Below, one piece after another: positions 13,726 to 28,913 of a stretch of 64,000 bases of DNA; within the stretch, counting starts at the first letter, position 1; every line of letters starts with the position of its first letter. The notes under the pieces are model-generated. The model was not told the DNA's origin. It saw nothing but the letters and a program-made list of their open reading frames with translations, and searched no databases. Origin of the DNA: Camelus dromedarius (lineage: Eukaryota); NCBI RefSeq assembly GCF_036321535.1, contig NC_087447.1, forward strand, positions 38,938,001-39,002,000, given 5' to 3'. The position numbers and the translations under genes are program-made.

Positions 13726-14508
13726 AAATATTAAAACTGTTCAAGTTTGATTTTGTGCTATTTACCCAGGCAGTATCCTAAGATTAGGAGGAAATGGTAA
13801 ATCCTCCTCAAAATCACTGAATAAAACAGAAGAAAACAGAATAATGTCAAAGCAACAACAACAGCAGAAGAGCTTCATTTACTACCATTAACAGAGACCT
13901 CAGTTTTTCCTAAATCAGCTTATCTGTTAGTTTATGTCTCTGTTTTCTCTTATGCCAGGGATTCACAAATACCATAATGCCTTGCTTCTCTACAATGGAT
14001 CATAGAAATCTCTTATCTTTCTTGGCTTGTGATCTCTACAGAGAGGAGTCGACCTCTTGGAAGGCCTGCCTCTTTTTTAGTGTACTAAAAAGCAAGTGAA
14101 ATAATAAGATCCTGAATATTCTCATCTCTATTCCCTTTACCTCTGCATGAGAAACTAATCAGAAAATAATTTTTAAAGCCAACAAAAGTTGCTGTGTCAG
14201 AGTCCAATCTGTTATCAATCTCAAAGATAACTCATAAGGCACAGTCTCCTTTGACTCCAGAGAATACCACAGCCTTTGATTTAATTTTCAATTAACATTT
14301 TTAAAATGTTGATATGCATTTCTATATACTCAGCATAAATTAGAAATGAAAGTACCAATAAAAGTGTCTCTTTCTATTAAAGGGAAACAACTTTGCCATA
14401 GTAAAATCATGTTCAGTAAATAAGACCTGCTCTTAAAAAACTGCCAACTCTTTTTATACAGAATAACGACTTAAAATTCTCATTTCCAATTATTTACAAA
14501 GATTTCTA

Positions 14509-14739
<231 letters not shown>

Positions 14740-16765
14740 CTACTATGAAGTGAAAAAGTATTTTGCATATTTCAAATATATCTGTTGCTCTACTCAAGTG
14801 ATTTCACAACTTTTACTAAAAAAATGGAAGTTAGTTTTACTTTCATTAAACATCAACCACAAGTCCACATCTCTTACATCCAATTTCTATATCCAAAAGT
14901 CTGAAAACCAAAAGTTCTTTCATAAATCATACAGTAGGTAGCAAAAGTGAATTAGAACTGTTTTATGTTTTTTTTAAACAAACACTTAGTGTAAGTATTC
15001 ATACACATCGTATGTGTTTGATGAGGGTGCTACCCCAGATTGAATTGAAATTATTTCATATTACACAATACATAGATTGTATTTCCTTTCTAAAGTCTAA
15101 ATAAATTCCAAAATACATCCAGCCCTAAGGGTTTCAGGTTAGGAATTATAGACTTGTATATAACCACTGTAACAGCATAACATGTCAATTATATACATTT
15201 AAAATGAACATACATTTACAATTAATATAAAATGTCTAGCAATCTAAATAAGGTGAAGGACTGAAAACTGTTAAGCCTGCACTAGCAAGACTAACAAATA
15301 CTGGAGTAAATGATAAAAATAAATTAAACCATGCTATAAAAATTCAATTAGCAACCTACTATGAAGTCACAAAATTCTTCCAATTTTCTCAATGTCTCTG
15401 AAGAAAAGGTCTACTCTGATAATCTGAAAAAGGAGGGTGATACACTAGGTGACCTCTATGGTCTTTCCCAGTCTAAATGTCTAATTCCAATGTTATGTAT
15501 TTCTTTTCAGATACTTTTTCTTATTGTCTATAATACTATGCAAACTTGTATACTCAGTACTATTATATACTAATGATACCAATACTACCTGATGAGGATG
15601 GATGAAATGGAGATTATCAAGATATATTTTCTTTTGTGTGTGGAAGTACTTTTGGTGTGTGGAAGGAAAAGAATACTAACAAAATTAAAGGGAGGCCGCT
15701 ACTCAAATTAGGAAAAATCCCATGGTGGAGATGAGCTTTGAAAAATGGAAGAGATAGTTGCTACATTCAAAAAAACAAAACAAAACAAAACAAACAAACA
15801 AAAAAACCTGGCTAACCTAAGGAGAGACTTTAGCCAGTAAGCTTTATCACTGGAGTGAGTTTATAGAGCCAATCTACAAGTTATCTTAAAATTATCTGCT
15901 GGCCAGATTTCTTTGTAAGTAAAGAAAAGAGACAACAGAATTAGAAGGGTTTAGGCTCTTTCACAGCAACTTAGATGTTTGGATATACCAACTACTAGTA
16001 ACAGAAAAAGTAAAAAGCTTTATTAACTTCTACACTCAACTTTTCCGAGACATATTAAACACTTCTGCCTACTGACCTGTGAGGAAAATGAGGTAGATAT
16101 TTCAAGACCATCTAAGAAATGGAGTCAGAAAACAGAAACCAGGGAATTACCATTAGAATGTCTCCGTAAGCTCCCATACTTACTAATTTTCTTACAGCCT
16201 ATCTACTTCCTCATAGTGACTTCCAGGAAAGCCTTAAAGAAAAGGAATTATGTGCTTATTTTAGGAGAAAACTTAGAGAAGGAGCTATGAACACTCTGTA
16301 GCACACTTGGGAAGAAAAGAATTTGATTGACAAAACAGTGGATGGTAACTAAGGAGATGAAAGTGGACAGGATCTCTTCGAAGAAAGGAGACCTAGGGGA
16401 AACAAAGAACAAAGGAGGAAAAAGCCTACAGGAATATTATATGAGAATTAACAAATACGTGAAGATATGATAGATACTGGAATTTTCTATATAGTCTAAA
16501 AAGAAGGGAAGACTCTTCTTTTTATTCTTGCTCTGATCCTGTCTGTTTCAATTAATGAGAAGGTGCAGGCTGAAGCAAATAAAATCTTCGCCATGCGTAC
16601 TTCACTTACTCCAAATCCATCAAATATACACAAATATTTCTTAAGCAATAATTGATGGTAGGTCCTGGTCCTCAGAAAGATGATAAACAATAATACTAGG
16701 AGCATCAATTAAAGGACCATGACTCCTATGATTTCCTAATAATTGAAGGCCCTTCTGTAGATATA

Positions 16766-16969
16766 CAGTCAACCCTTGACAAACACCGGGTTGGGGCACT
16801 GACCCCCAGCGCAGTCAAAAGTCCACATATAACTTCACAGTCGGCCCTCTGCATCCACAGATTCAACCATCTGCAGATTGTATAGGGCTGCAGTACAAAT
16901 TTATTGAAAAAAATCCCCATACAAGTGGACCCACATAATTCAAAACCCATGTTGTTCAAGGGTCAACTG
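16766..16969. mobile_element. Tigger2-related MITE (TcMar)
   Basis: Terminal inverted repeats CAGTCAACCCTTGA...TCAAGGGTCAACTG flanked by TA. Confidence 0.8.
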
Positions 16970-17384
16970 TACTCCACTGGGCAAAATAAAAAGGATAATC
17001 TTTTAATAAATTAAACCTTGCTATTAAATAGGCAGTCATTAGTCTCCTTGGATATCAGGCCCTTCTTAGTGGCTAAGATTGATTCCCTGAAACTGGAGAC
17101 CCCAATGTCATGGATGAGTTATTCAGAGGCTTTTCTCCCACCATCACACCTGTCAAAGTGAAAGCTCCACACTGACTTCACCAAGAGTAATTTAGGTACA
17201 AATCTATACAATAAAAATAACATAGTAGATACAGAATACTTTGTTGAATAAGAAAGAGAAAAATGTATACATATGTGTGGGTTGGGGAGAGAGGAAAAAA
17301 AAACTGAAATAGACCAAGAGATAAATGTAAATAGATAACCCTGGACCTAAAGTTTGGGATCAAAGCAAATGTATATAAATGTCA

Positions 17385-17612
<228 letters not shown>

Positions 17613-18489
17613 TCATTTATTTCACCTGCTAAAAAAATCTTATTTCCATTTTAGTAAGAGTCAGAGACAGAAAGGGACAAATAGATTTTTGTTTCTTTGC
17701 AACTGATCCCTTAGCTCTGATTTTGTGTACTTGTTTCAATATGAACTATATCCATTCTATCAGTTGTGTTTAAAATTTTTCTGAACATAAAATAAACTTC
17801 GTATTAGGATTTTAAGCATAAATGCACAAATTAAAGATTTAAAATCACCCAGATAAGGACACATGATTTCAGTCTATGGCTTTTATGCATACATTTTTAA
17901 GTAATTTTTTACTTCCTCTGCATCTTGATTTTTGAAAGTATAATGTTTCATGATATGGCTGTACCAGAAGGAGAAATAAAGATAGTTAAATGATTTTAAA
18001 ATGCTAAGGTAGCATTAACAATAAGGGTAAAACAGTCAATGAAAATTTAAAAACATTAAACTATATTAACATATAATCAAGTAGAAATATGTTTACTTCT
18101 CTCTTTCTAGCAATTAATCTAAACACCTTTTTAAGAATACCTTACAAAATTCAAAAGGGTATTGTAATAAAATGTACATTTGTTACAAGAGGCACATGCA
18201 AGACCCCAAGATGATCTACATATTCCCTTCTTGAAATTTATTTGAGGTTTATAGTTTCACTAATGCAAAAGTATATATGCAGAAAAATAACTGATGAAAC
18301 ATCATCTAATAATAGCAAAAGCCTGGAGAGCCCAAATATTCACTTATGAATGAAATAATTTAATAAAGTAGAATTTTATTGGTATTTTATCACAGTGAAA
18401 GAATACAGCCATTAAAATAATTATGACAACTATAAAAACATGGAAAATCTGTTTGAATAATATTTTAAAATATACACATTATGAAGTGA

Positions 18490-18740
18490 AGCAGGATTAA
18501 AAATAAGACTCTGGAATAAGACCTGGGTTCAACCCTGGCTTGGCCAACCTATCAGCTAGGATTAAGTGACCTGGTAAAGTCACTCAAGCACTCAGGCCTC
18601 AGTTTCTTCACCTGTAAATGAGAACACATAATGGAGACTACCTACTAAGATTTGTATAAAATTAAATGAAATAAAATAGCTCGCAAGTATTAAGCATTAT
18701 TCCTAACATAGTCCCCAAATAGGCATTCAACAAATACTAC
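18490..18740 (+). mobile_element. MIR SINE
   Basis: MIR core 'cctcagtttcttcacctgtaaatg' and 'agacctgggttcaaccctggct'. Confidence 0.7.
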
Positions 18741-21123
18741 TTAAGGAATAGGTAGTTTTGCTTTCTATTACACTTTTCTTTATAGCTTATTTGAGAAAAA
18801 AAAAAAAAAGGTGAAATACTCAATACCAGTAATACCGTGACAAAACAAGGGAAGTAATACACTGTTGGTGACACTATAAACTGAGACAACTGACCCAAAA
18901 GAGACTAGGACAAAGTACCGGGTATTACAGAAATGACATGGCTATTTAGATAACCTACTGAAATTAACAGAGAGGAAAAACTTGTTTTAACCCTAATTTT
19001 TCAAACAGAAAGAAATTAAATTCCCTAAATTTGCTATACTAAGTGAATATTACATAAATTATGGTAAGCAACATAATGAGATACCACTTCATGATAACTA
19101 TAACTATGAAGAGAGAAATACAGAAATTGTTTCAATAAGTAAAATCACAAATTCTGTTTACATTTTGCAGAAAACAATATATTTTCAAAGAAAGACCATC
19201 AGGAAATTTTTTTTTAATAAAAATAATTTTGAGTACTTTCTAAAATTCTTACATTTCAGTATTTAAGAAAAAAACCCAACTATTCTTTTAAAAGGCCAGG
19301 ACATGTCACAGAATCCAGTCCACTTGACTATAAAGCAGTGCTCTGAACCCTATTACTTTTGCAAAACAATGGGAATGGGGAGGGTACTGTTTTGGAAAAG
19401 GTATACAGAGAATATTCTGTTACAAGGTTCCTGAGGACAGGACAAGTTCTGGGTCACCAGGAACAAGAAATAATTCATGAGAGGAGAAACTCCTGGGCCT
19501 TACTTTATTTTAATTTAATAGTATCTGAGAATCTATGAAAACATACTAGAAGGAAAAAAAATTTAATGAACTAGTTGGATTGGGGTCTTACAATCATGAG
19601 TGTATCTTTTTTTCTTCCTTATCTCAAATGAGGGGGAAAAATCTGTTGAAATAGATATCTAGCAAAAAAGACATTTCACAGAGAGGATACTGTGCACTAG
19701 ACTGTAAGGCAAAGAGCTATTTTCTTTTGCATTTGCAAAACAATAGTGGTAGGGAGAGTAATGTTTTGGGAGCAAGACACAAAGGATATTCTGTTACAGG
19801 TTCCTGAGGATGTTGACAGAATTTCTGGGTCACTGAAAGTAAGGAATAACTTGAGAGAGGAAACACACCTTTGCCTTGCCTACCCACCCGCTTCCACCAA
19901 TCGGTACCTGACAGCCCATACCTGAAGGCATTTTTGTTCCCACATAAGTAATTCTCAGTATCTCTGCCAGGCTGGTATCCTCACTCTGTTTTACCACCCC
20001 CCTCCCAATTTCTACTTCACTGAAATTCATGCTCAGTCCCTGACACGTTAGATCAGAAAGCATTTAGTAGTACTAAGCAAAAATAAAATTCTCAGCATGT
20101 TTTGGTTATATGGATTCATAAATGCATCTTTTATAACACTGGCTTTTGGGAGGGGCAAAATGAACAATTATAGTCCATCATTAATGTAGACATAGAAACC
20201 ACTTTAAAAAAGGAAAAAGCTCAACTTGGAACTGCCAATAAATTTTCTTGTTCACCTGTCTTCTACAGACATCTTGCGTTGTTCAAAATCTATGTCGATA
20301 GTAACACTTCTAAGACTTTTGAAACCAGAGATCACATGCTTGGCATGACAGATACCTTTGAGCTTATTAAAAAATGCTGATTGCTGGACCTCATCCTTAG
20401 ACACTTTTAAGTGTCTGAATTGAGTCCTCGGAAACTACATTTTAAATAAGTTTCTCAGACCATTCCGATCTCTCTCCCACCATCCCCTTCCCCACCTCTG
20501 AGAAAATACTACCTAGATGACAGCTCATCACAATTGCTGCCGATTTTTTAAAACTTAATGAAGATACAGACAAAGATGTCTAGAGGCCAATTAATCAATC
20601 AGGGTAAGGGACTCAGACATTTGTAATTTAAATCACACCCAAGGCTCTTGCTAAAAATGAGGACTCCTGGTTATTATCTCAAAACTACAGGATCTGAATT
20701 TGGCAAGTACAGTCCAAGATTCTGCATTTTTAAACATTTTCCAGTAATTCTTAAGATTCATAATACATTATAATGTCTGAGAATCAATGCCCTTAGACTC
20801 AACAGTTTCTTGATCTTTTCTAATCATCCATCTTTACTTCCACTCCTTTCGGAACACCTACTCTCATATTCCTACCCTGGACCTTCTCACCCCAAAATGC
20901 CCCATCTCTGAAATCTCATACTCTGAATTTTCCTCAGGCCACACCATCTGTCCTTCCATTTCTGCCTTTAATCCTGTCTTCTGTCCTTATCATGGTCTCT
21001 TGTCTCTTGACACTTGTTTACTCTCAACTCCACTGGCCTCCTACCTTCACTTTCCCAAGGTATACCAGACCCTATGATCAATTACTTAAGTAACTCCTTT
21101 TATTATCCTCAATAACACTCTCC

Positions 21124-21207
21124 TTTTTTTTTTTTAATGGAGATACTGGGGATTGAACCCAAGATCTCATGCATGCTAAGCATGTGCTCTACCACTGAGC
21201 TATATCC
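21124..21207 (-). mobile_element. tRNA-Ala-derived SINE (Vic-1-like)
   Basis: Same A/B-box body as the other copies, preceded by poly(T). Confidence 0.85.
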
Positions 21208-22890
21208 AGTGCCCTCATCTTTTGTCAGTATTTCTTTATGATTCTTAATCTTGATACACATTTTTTCCCACTTCAAGATTTATAAACCACCATATCTGAA
21301 AATAAATGAGCTCTGCCACCTCTCAACTCTCATAGCCCTTTAGTGTATGCTCTTTGACAGTAACTTTATATTTCCTATCCTATTTTATGGTTATTTAAGC
21401 ATGTTCTATCTCCTCTATTAGCCTATATGGAATTCACAAATAGGATTTGTGTGTAATTTATCTTGGTTTCTCCCAATATATTGGGTATAATATTGGGAAT
21501 AAAGTCTGGATTTTTTTGCCCTGGCAGTAAAAGCTCTGATCTATTTTTTATTAATCATTAACTTAAAAAGTGGTTATAAAGAGTAACTGTTTTGTAAGTA
21601 GTTATTATATGCCAACCTACAGTATTGTAGAACAACTGGCCCAAATCTAATGTTGCAGTAACACACCTTAGCCAACAATATTCATTAGAGTTGCATCAGA
21701 AAATAAGTTTCAATGTAATGACTAGAGTTAGGTCAGTAAACATACATGCCTTGACAAGAAAGAGAAGAACAATAAATTTTCTTGTTCACCTGTCTGTCCC
21801 TTCCACTATGGTATCTCTAGTAAAAAGAAGAAACAATAATAATAATAAGATTCCCCTTTCGTTACTGGCAATCTTGCTTACCCTGAGGGAATAGAAAAAG
21901 GAGAGAACCTTCCCTGAAAATATACTTTGGTCCTCCTTGTAAAGGTTACTTGGATGAATTTCACCCTAATAATGTTGCCTGTTAGCTAATTAATTTTCCC
22001 TTTAAAAGCATCTAATTTTCCCTTTAAGCCAATGAAAACTATACCACAATTATCCAGTATCTATATACCTTTTTTTCTTGCAAACAGTTTCAGAAGGCTA
22101 CATGAATACTTTCTTTTAGTTATGAAAAAAATAATGAAAGCTAGAACTATGGGGGGAAAATATCTGTTAGACTGACTATTTCATATTAAAAAACTACCTA
22201 TAATCACAGAATCCAAAGAAAATAATTGGCCAATATCAAAAGACATGTATATAAATACACATACATGTAAACACATATTTTATGAAATGAGATCACACTA
22301 TCATTCTAGTAAGATTCTTTTGTCACTTTTGAATCATGAACACTTGACGTCTGCATAGAAAGAACTAAGAAGTAAATTACTATCATCAGATAATAAAGGA
22401 TAAAGTCAAGATTAGAACTAAGGTATGTAATTCCAACGCTCATGCCCTTTCCATTACATAGTGCTGCTTCAGCTTCCTCAAGTATAAAATGGATTTGTAC
22501 ATTATATTACAGTGGATAATGTAAGCATGGAATGAAATAATGAATGAGAAAAAACCCTGAAACTATAAGGCGTTTTTACAGAAATGTAGAGGGCTATTAC
22601 ATTACACACTTGTGATATAGGCAAACCTGCTATAATGCTTTGGCATTTAACTGTCACGTTACATAATGTAATGCTGATTAAGATTTATACTTCTATATTA
22701 TAGACAATATGGGGGATAATCTCAAAACCCTTTATAATCAGAATTGAGTTTAAAAACATTTTAAGAAGATACCCCTCAAGCAATTGTGAAACCTAAAGAA
22801 GTCTGCATCATTTTAAATGGCCTAAGACCATACAATCAGATTAACGTTATAAAACTGATTTCAGACATAACATAAGAAAAAATGCTCTGA

Positions 22891-23127
22891 GGGGGGTGGA
22901 GGGTGGGAAGGGATAGACTGGGATTTCAAAATTGTAGAACAGATAAACAAGATTATACTGTATAGCACAGGGAAATATACACAAAATGTTATGGTAAGTC
23001 ACAGAGAAAAAAATGTGACAATGAGTGTGTATATGTCCATGAATGACTGAAAAACTGTGCTGAACACTGGAATTTGACACAACATTGTAAAATGATTATA
23101 AATCAATAAAAAATGTTAAAAAAAAAA
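22891..23127 (+). mobile_element. Short 5'-truncated young L1 3' end
   Basis: Homologous to 3900-4125; poly(A); 17-bp TSD AAGAAAAAATGCTCTGA at 22874-22890 and 23128-23144. Confidence 0.92.
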
Positions 23128-23785
23128 AAGAAAAAATGCTCTGAATTAAGAATCATTACTTGAAACATATATTTGTTAGAAATTTTAAAACATAGTGACT
23201 GTTTAGAATGTTATTTTTTTCTTGAAATAGGCATCTTGGAGGAAGTCCAAATTACTTTTAAATTGAACTTATATCCAATGTACCCTGTCCTTAACGCTGA
23301 TACCACAGTTTTAAAACAAGAACAAGGTATGACTTCAATTTATAAGCTGTTTAATCTTATTTTGCAAAACCTGAGCTTAATTTTTTAAAAATTTTCAAAT
23401 GGATATGTGTAAAGTAGAAAAATGAAGCTGTTGGGGTATATGCTTCTGAAAGAATGGAGAGGCAAGCAAATAAACACTATTGTTAAGACTAACACTCCTA
23501 CCCAAGGTAAATTTCTCTTTCTTCAACTCCACACTTTCTATTTCTTGCTTCCTCCTTATCCCATATTTAAATTCATGGCAACTTCTTCTAACAAACATAT
23601 ACTAGCTAACAAATGTTTTAAAATGATAACAAAAGGAAGGAAATTCTTTTAACACTCTGTAGGACACTGAAAGCCACAATTAACAGAGAGCAAATATTTT
23701 CAAAGCAACTTGACTAAAAAGTAGAATGTGAATTAGATCTTTTAATTCTGTTGAAGTTCAAATATCATATAAATACCTTTACTTA

Positions 23786-23962
<177 letters not shown>

Positions 23963-24114
23963 CTATTAAGGGGAAAAACAGTTTAGGGCAGTATTTTTCA
24001 AATCTCTAAAACCCACTCCCTCAATGATGAATATTTTAAAAACTTCAACTATGCAAATTCTAAGGTTGCTATTCTTAATTGCTATCATTCTGTATGAAAA
24101 ACACCTGGTGGGGC

Positions 24115-24215
24115 CCACATTATTATTTTACAGATGAGGAAACTGAGACACAAAGAGATTAAGTAACTTGCCAACGACACAGAGATGGTAGTTTGCAGAG
24201 CTAACTTTGAGCTGT
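24115..24215 (-). mobile_element. MIR fragment
   Basis: 'attttacagatgaggaaactgaga...aagtaacttgcc' MIR core. Confidence 0.75.
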
Positions 24216-25603
24216 CCATGTCTTTGCTGATTAGATTACATTATCCCTCAGAACAGATGTTAGTAATACAAATATCAGGACAGATTAAAATGATTATCTG
24301 GATTTCTAAAACCCAATCCTTAATTTATAACTTCATTTTATTTGGGCTTTAGTCCCTTTCAGTAGATTAGAATAAAATACCATTACTCATATTCTTCCTA
24401 AAATCTTAGAAAAATTTTAAAGGGGGAAAAAAAAGTAAGTATGCTAAAGGAAAAAAAAAGTTGGCAAGCAAATATACAGATTGAATCTGCACACACTTGA
24501 GAAATAGCATATATATAAGGATTCTAACCTGAAAAGTTAGTATTCCTTAAGTATACTCAAAGAAATAAATTTACCTAAAGAATCAAATTGCAAGATAATT
24601 ATAGTGTAAAGTCCCATTCAATTGGAGTCAAATTTAATTTTTTATCCCAGATTTTATAGAGGAAAACTGATGCTACCTCCAGATCATTACTCTATTACAC
24701 TCTAACTCTCTACTCCATTTAAAGTCCATACTTGCAGTTTAAGCAGAGATTCTTAATATGGGAAGAAAGTCTATACAACACATATGGTGCTCACTTTCAC
24801 CTTCCTAGATGACTTCAGTAAATAACAATCTTCCCCTCTGCCACGGTTGGCTAGTGACTTCAACATTAATGAGTTCTTATTTAATAAAATATTTACTAAG
24901 CATTTCAAATGAACCAAGCACCTTCTGGACACTGAGAAAACAAGAAAATGACTTTTGTCTCAAGCTACTCAAAGCCTAATAGGAAAAATTAAACAATTAA
25001 ATGGACAATTAAAATATAGTGTTGTAAATAAAGTAATAAAATAGGGGTAATATTACAGTATTATGAGACTGCACAGTCCATGATAAGATATGAGGGATAA
25101 GGAATATAAACTTCATGCGGACAGGGACCACATATATTTTGCTCACCACACAGGTAGCAGCAGTGATCAGCCCCTTAGATCCAGACTATAAGAAGCTTTC
25201 CCCAAGGTTCATTTAAAATACAACCATTTATCTTACATAAAACACAAGTGGTTGGACCTGGTAGGAAGAGATCAAGGCCTAGGACAAAATTCTGAAGAAT
25301 ATTTAAGGGGCAAGCAGAGAAAAAGGAGTCTGAGGAATGACCAGAAAAAGTACCTTTAACACGCTGAATTCACAGTTTTTCATTTTCCCAGATTGCCAAT
25401 GACCTTTAATTCCCCTTCATATAAGATATCTCTACCACTATTACCAAGACATGATCACACCGCTTCATAAGTTACTTTTCAAACTTAAGGCTCTTCCTCT
25501 CTCTAGCCACTATCTCTTTATTCAGTATCATCTTTTCCAGTGCTTTTAACCCACTGGTACCCGAATTAGTTCCTTCTTTACTAAGTCTACTAATGCCCTC
25601 TTT

Positions 25604-26011
25604 TTTTATTATTTATTTATTTAAAATGGAAGTTCAGTCGGTTACAATGTGTCAATTTCTGGTGTACAGCACAATGTCCCAGTCATGCATATACATACAT
25701 ATATTCCATATATTCGTTTTCATATTCTTTTTCATTAAAGGTTATTACAAGATATCGAACATAGTTCCCTGTGCTATACAGAAGAAACTTTTTTATTTTC
25801 AATATATACTGGCTAACATTTGTAAATCTCAAACTCCCAAATCTGTCCCTTCACACCCCCTTTCCCCAGTAACCATAAGATTGTTTACTATGCTGCGAGT
25901 CTGTTTCTGTTTTGTAGGTGAGTTCATAGTGTTCTTTTTTCTTTTCTTTTCTTTTTCTGTAGATTCCACATGTGAATGATATCATATAGTATTTTTCTTT
26001 CTCTTTCTGGC
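25604..26011 (-). mobile_element. 5'-truncated L1 3' end
   Basis: Reverse complement homologous to the other L1 3'UTRs; 15-bp TSD ACTAATGCCCTCTTT at 25589-25603 and 26012-26026. Confidence 0.9.
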
Positions 26012-26128
26012 ACTAATGCCCTCTTTCATGTGCTTTCTTACCTTTCCAGAATTTATTTCATGGTCAACTATTTTAATCTAATCCTCATTAGCAATGGAAT
26101 TTCTTTCCCAGAGACATTACTGTTAAAT

Positions 26129-26350
26129 CAGTGGTTCTCAACTTGGGGCAGTTTTGGCCCCCAGGGAACATTTGTTGATGTCTGGAGATATTTTTGCTTT
26201 GTCACAACTGGAATGGTGAGGAGAGGGAGCTGCTAGCATCTGGGAAGCAGACGTTTGGAATACTGATCACCCTACAATACACAGGACAGCTTCCCATAAC
26301 AAAGAATATCTGGCCCAAAATGTCAACAGTGCTGAGGTCAGGAAATTCTG
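26129..26350 (+). mobile_element. MER20-like hAT-Charlie element
   Basis: Starts CAGTGGTTCTCAAC...GCCCCCAGGGAACATTTG, matching the MER20 consensus. Confidence 0.85.
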
Positions 26351-27924
26351 CTATAAAACAATGTCCCACTATAGTATATGCTCTTTGCCCATGCTCTTCA
26401 TTCCTATTTCAAAATCACAGTAGGCTCTATCTGTAAGTTTCTTACTAACTTTAAGTGTACATATTCACTGCTACTTAGTATAAAAAAGGACTCATTTTAT
26501 TGATTTACCAGCAATGCTATACGTAAGGGAGAATGCATGTCCCTAGGATTAGGTGGCAGGATGTGCCAGGAGAGAATTAAAGGCATAAGATACAATGACA
26601 TAATTTTATGAAGCATTTTGTCAAATATTTAGACAAATATTTGGGGGCAAAGCATTTTTATACTGAAAATAATGGTCTTATGTTTAGACTAAACCAAAAA
26701 AGTTCAATGAAATTTCAGGCTTTAAGTAGAAGGTAATAATTTTCTTTACAAATTAGACTTACTATGGAGGAAAAATTTTAGAAGCATAGCCTGGAGACCC
26801 CAGAGGAAATGCCCAAATCTTTTACATTTTACTCAGGCCCTCAATTCCAACCAAGACATCAATTTCAATAGTAGCTCTTACTCAGTCTCTCTTAACACCT
26901 GTACAATCTCTTTTATCCATCCTCTCTCTTAAAAACTCTCTATCTAGACAGTAGGCTCCATTAAGGCAGGGACTCTTTTATCTTATTTATCCCTGAATTG
27001 AATCAGTTACATCAAATCAAGTGCCCAGCCTTGAATATGCACCATAAATGTTTTCTGAAAAATAAAAAATGAGTAAGAATAAACAACCTCTCACTAGGGA
27101 GAGGGTGGGTGTTGAGAAGGGAATTAAAGTATACCAATTATAGCAGTTCATGATAAAATGCCAAGATGAGTACACAAAGGGCAGAGATGACAACGAAACA
27201 TACATGGGGGCATTTTTACTTAAAATAAGACTTGTGGTCTTCTAGCCCCCTTGATGACTCCCTTCTCAAAGGTTTTAAGGGAAGCAAGGAATTCCAAAAG
27301 GATTCAGCAAAGAATCAGAAAGAGAAAAAAAGGCGAAAGGAGACTAATGTAAACTATTTGTATAGTTAAAAAGAAGCATAGAGATAATGTCTCAATTTCT
27401 AAGAAGTGTACAGAAATGTGTATCTTACAGTTAAATAAAAATAAAAGCAACATAAATGTTTACTGTATGATGTCAAAGAAAAGCTAATGTGACATGACAA
27501 CTAGTTACAACAAAGATATAAGAAGTTCATTCAAAGCAAAAAATCTGGTTAGTTTCGATGTAAGGGTTTGCTACTATTTTGGTTTCTTCCAACAGGACTG
27601 TAAGAATTTAGACATTCAAATGATCATCATTCTCATTTCAAAACAAATGTTATAATCAACATTTCTTTAGGGGATACGTCAAAGAGTTAGAGCCCTTATG
27701 TGTACCAAAACTGAACTCATAGCTTTCTAATCACTTTTGTTTCTGACTTCAACTTCATTCTCTGAATCTCTACTGCCAAGCTTGATTTCACACTAATTTT
27801 GGATGTCTCCAAAAGTCAACTCTCTCCTTAAAGCATGAACATTTGCCCCTATTTCGTATATCCATAAGAATGTGCCAGAAGGCTGTCCCCAAAGGTCTAA
27901 GTAACACTGTATATTCTTAATCAG

Positions 27925-28278
27925 CAGCAGTTCTCAAAGCACAATAAGATCCTAAAAGTTCCCGAAACTATTTCAGGTAGTTCACAAGGTCAAAACTATT
28001 TTCATACTAAAACTAAAACATTATTTGCATTTTTCACTTTCATTCTCTTACAAATGTAGAGAAGAATTTCCCAAAGTCTACATGTATAGATGACATCATC
28101 ATTCTGATGGCCGATGGAATTAGTGCCTATACATATATCCTTAATTTTTAAAATTTCTCAGTTTTAACTTCTACTATGATAAATATCAGTAAGATATTTG
28201 AAACAAAACCTCTTTGAAGTCCTCAATAATTTCTAAGAGTGTAAAGGTGTCCAGAGACCAAAAGTTTGAGAATCACTG
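27925..28278. mobile_element. Non-autonomous hAT-Charlie-type element
   Basis: Terminal inverted repeats CAGCAGTTCTCAAA ... TTTGAGAATCACTG. Confidence 0.7.
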
Positions 28279-28708
28279 CCTTAAATAGACAGAAACTTTC
28301 AACCTATTTGGAAGATATGAAAAAGTATAGCCATAGGGTAATATTAGTCTGCAATACATTATAGTCAATTTACATTATCAAATAATTTGCTCACAAGTTA
28401 AAATTAATGATCACTTGGGGGAAAAATGCTACAAATTAAATCATGTTTTTAAAAAATGTCCTTATACTAGGCTATCAAATAGTTTTCATTTTAAAAGGAT
28501 CCTGAACACAGTCAATCCTCAGTTCTCAGGAAGAAACTGGAGATGAACTTTGTACCTATCACACTTTAAGAAGGCAAATTCTTTAAGCACAGTTATTATG
28601 CAGCTACCTTTTATGGTGGTAAATGCTGAAATGCTAACTCAAATCTTTTTTTTTAATTGTCTGTAGAGAATTTAGAAACAATAATAAAACTGACAAATAA
28701 AACTTGCC

Positions 28709-28913
28709 TTTTTTTATTGAGGTACACTGGTTTACATAAGTTTCATGAGTAGGACATTATATTCTGGCTCCTATATACACTACAGTGTGCTCACCATGAA
28801 AAATTTAGTTTCCATCTGTCACTATACAGTTGACCCCCTTTACCCATTTTACCCTAACCCTACCCACCCCTTCTTCTCTGGTAACCACTGCTCTATTCTC
28901 TGTTTTTATGTTT
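28709..28913 (-). mobile_element. Older L1 3' end fragment
   Basis: T-rich start, then 'cccttcttctctggtaaccactgctctattctctgt', typical of a reverse-strand L1MA-type 3'UTR. Confidence 0.65.

Noticed and set aside
16604..16675. Cryptic exon in intron 4 ending at GGA|GTAAGT
   Set aside because: The nearest candidate acceptor is a weak GAG and there is no homology support
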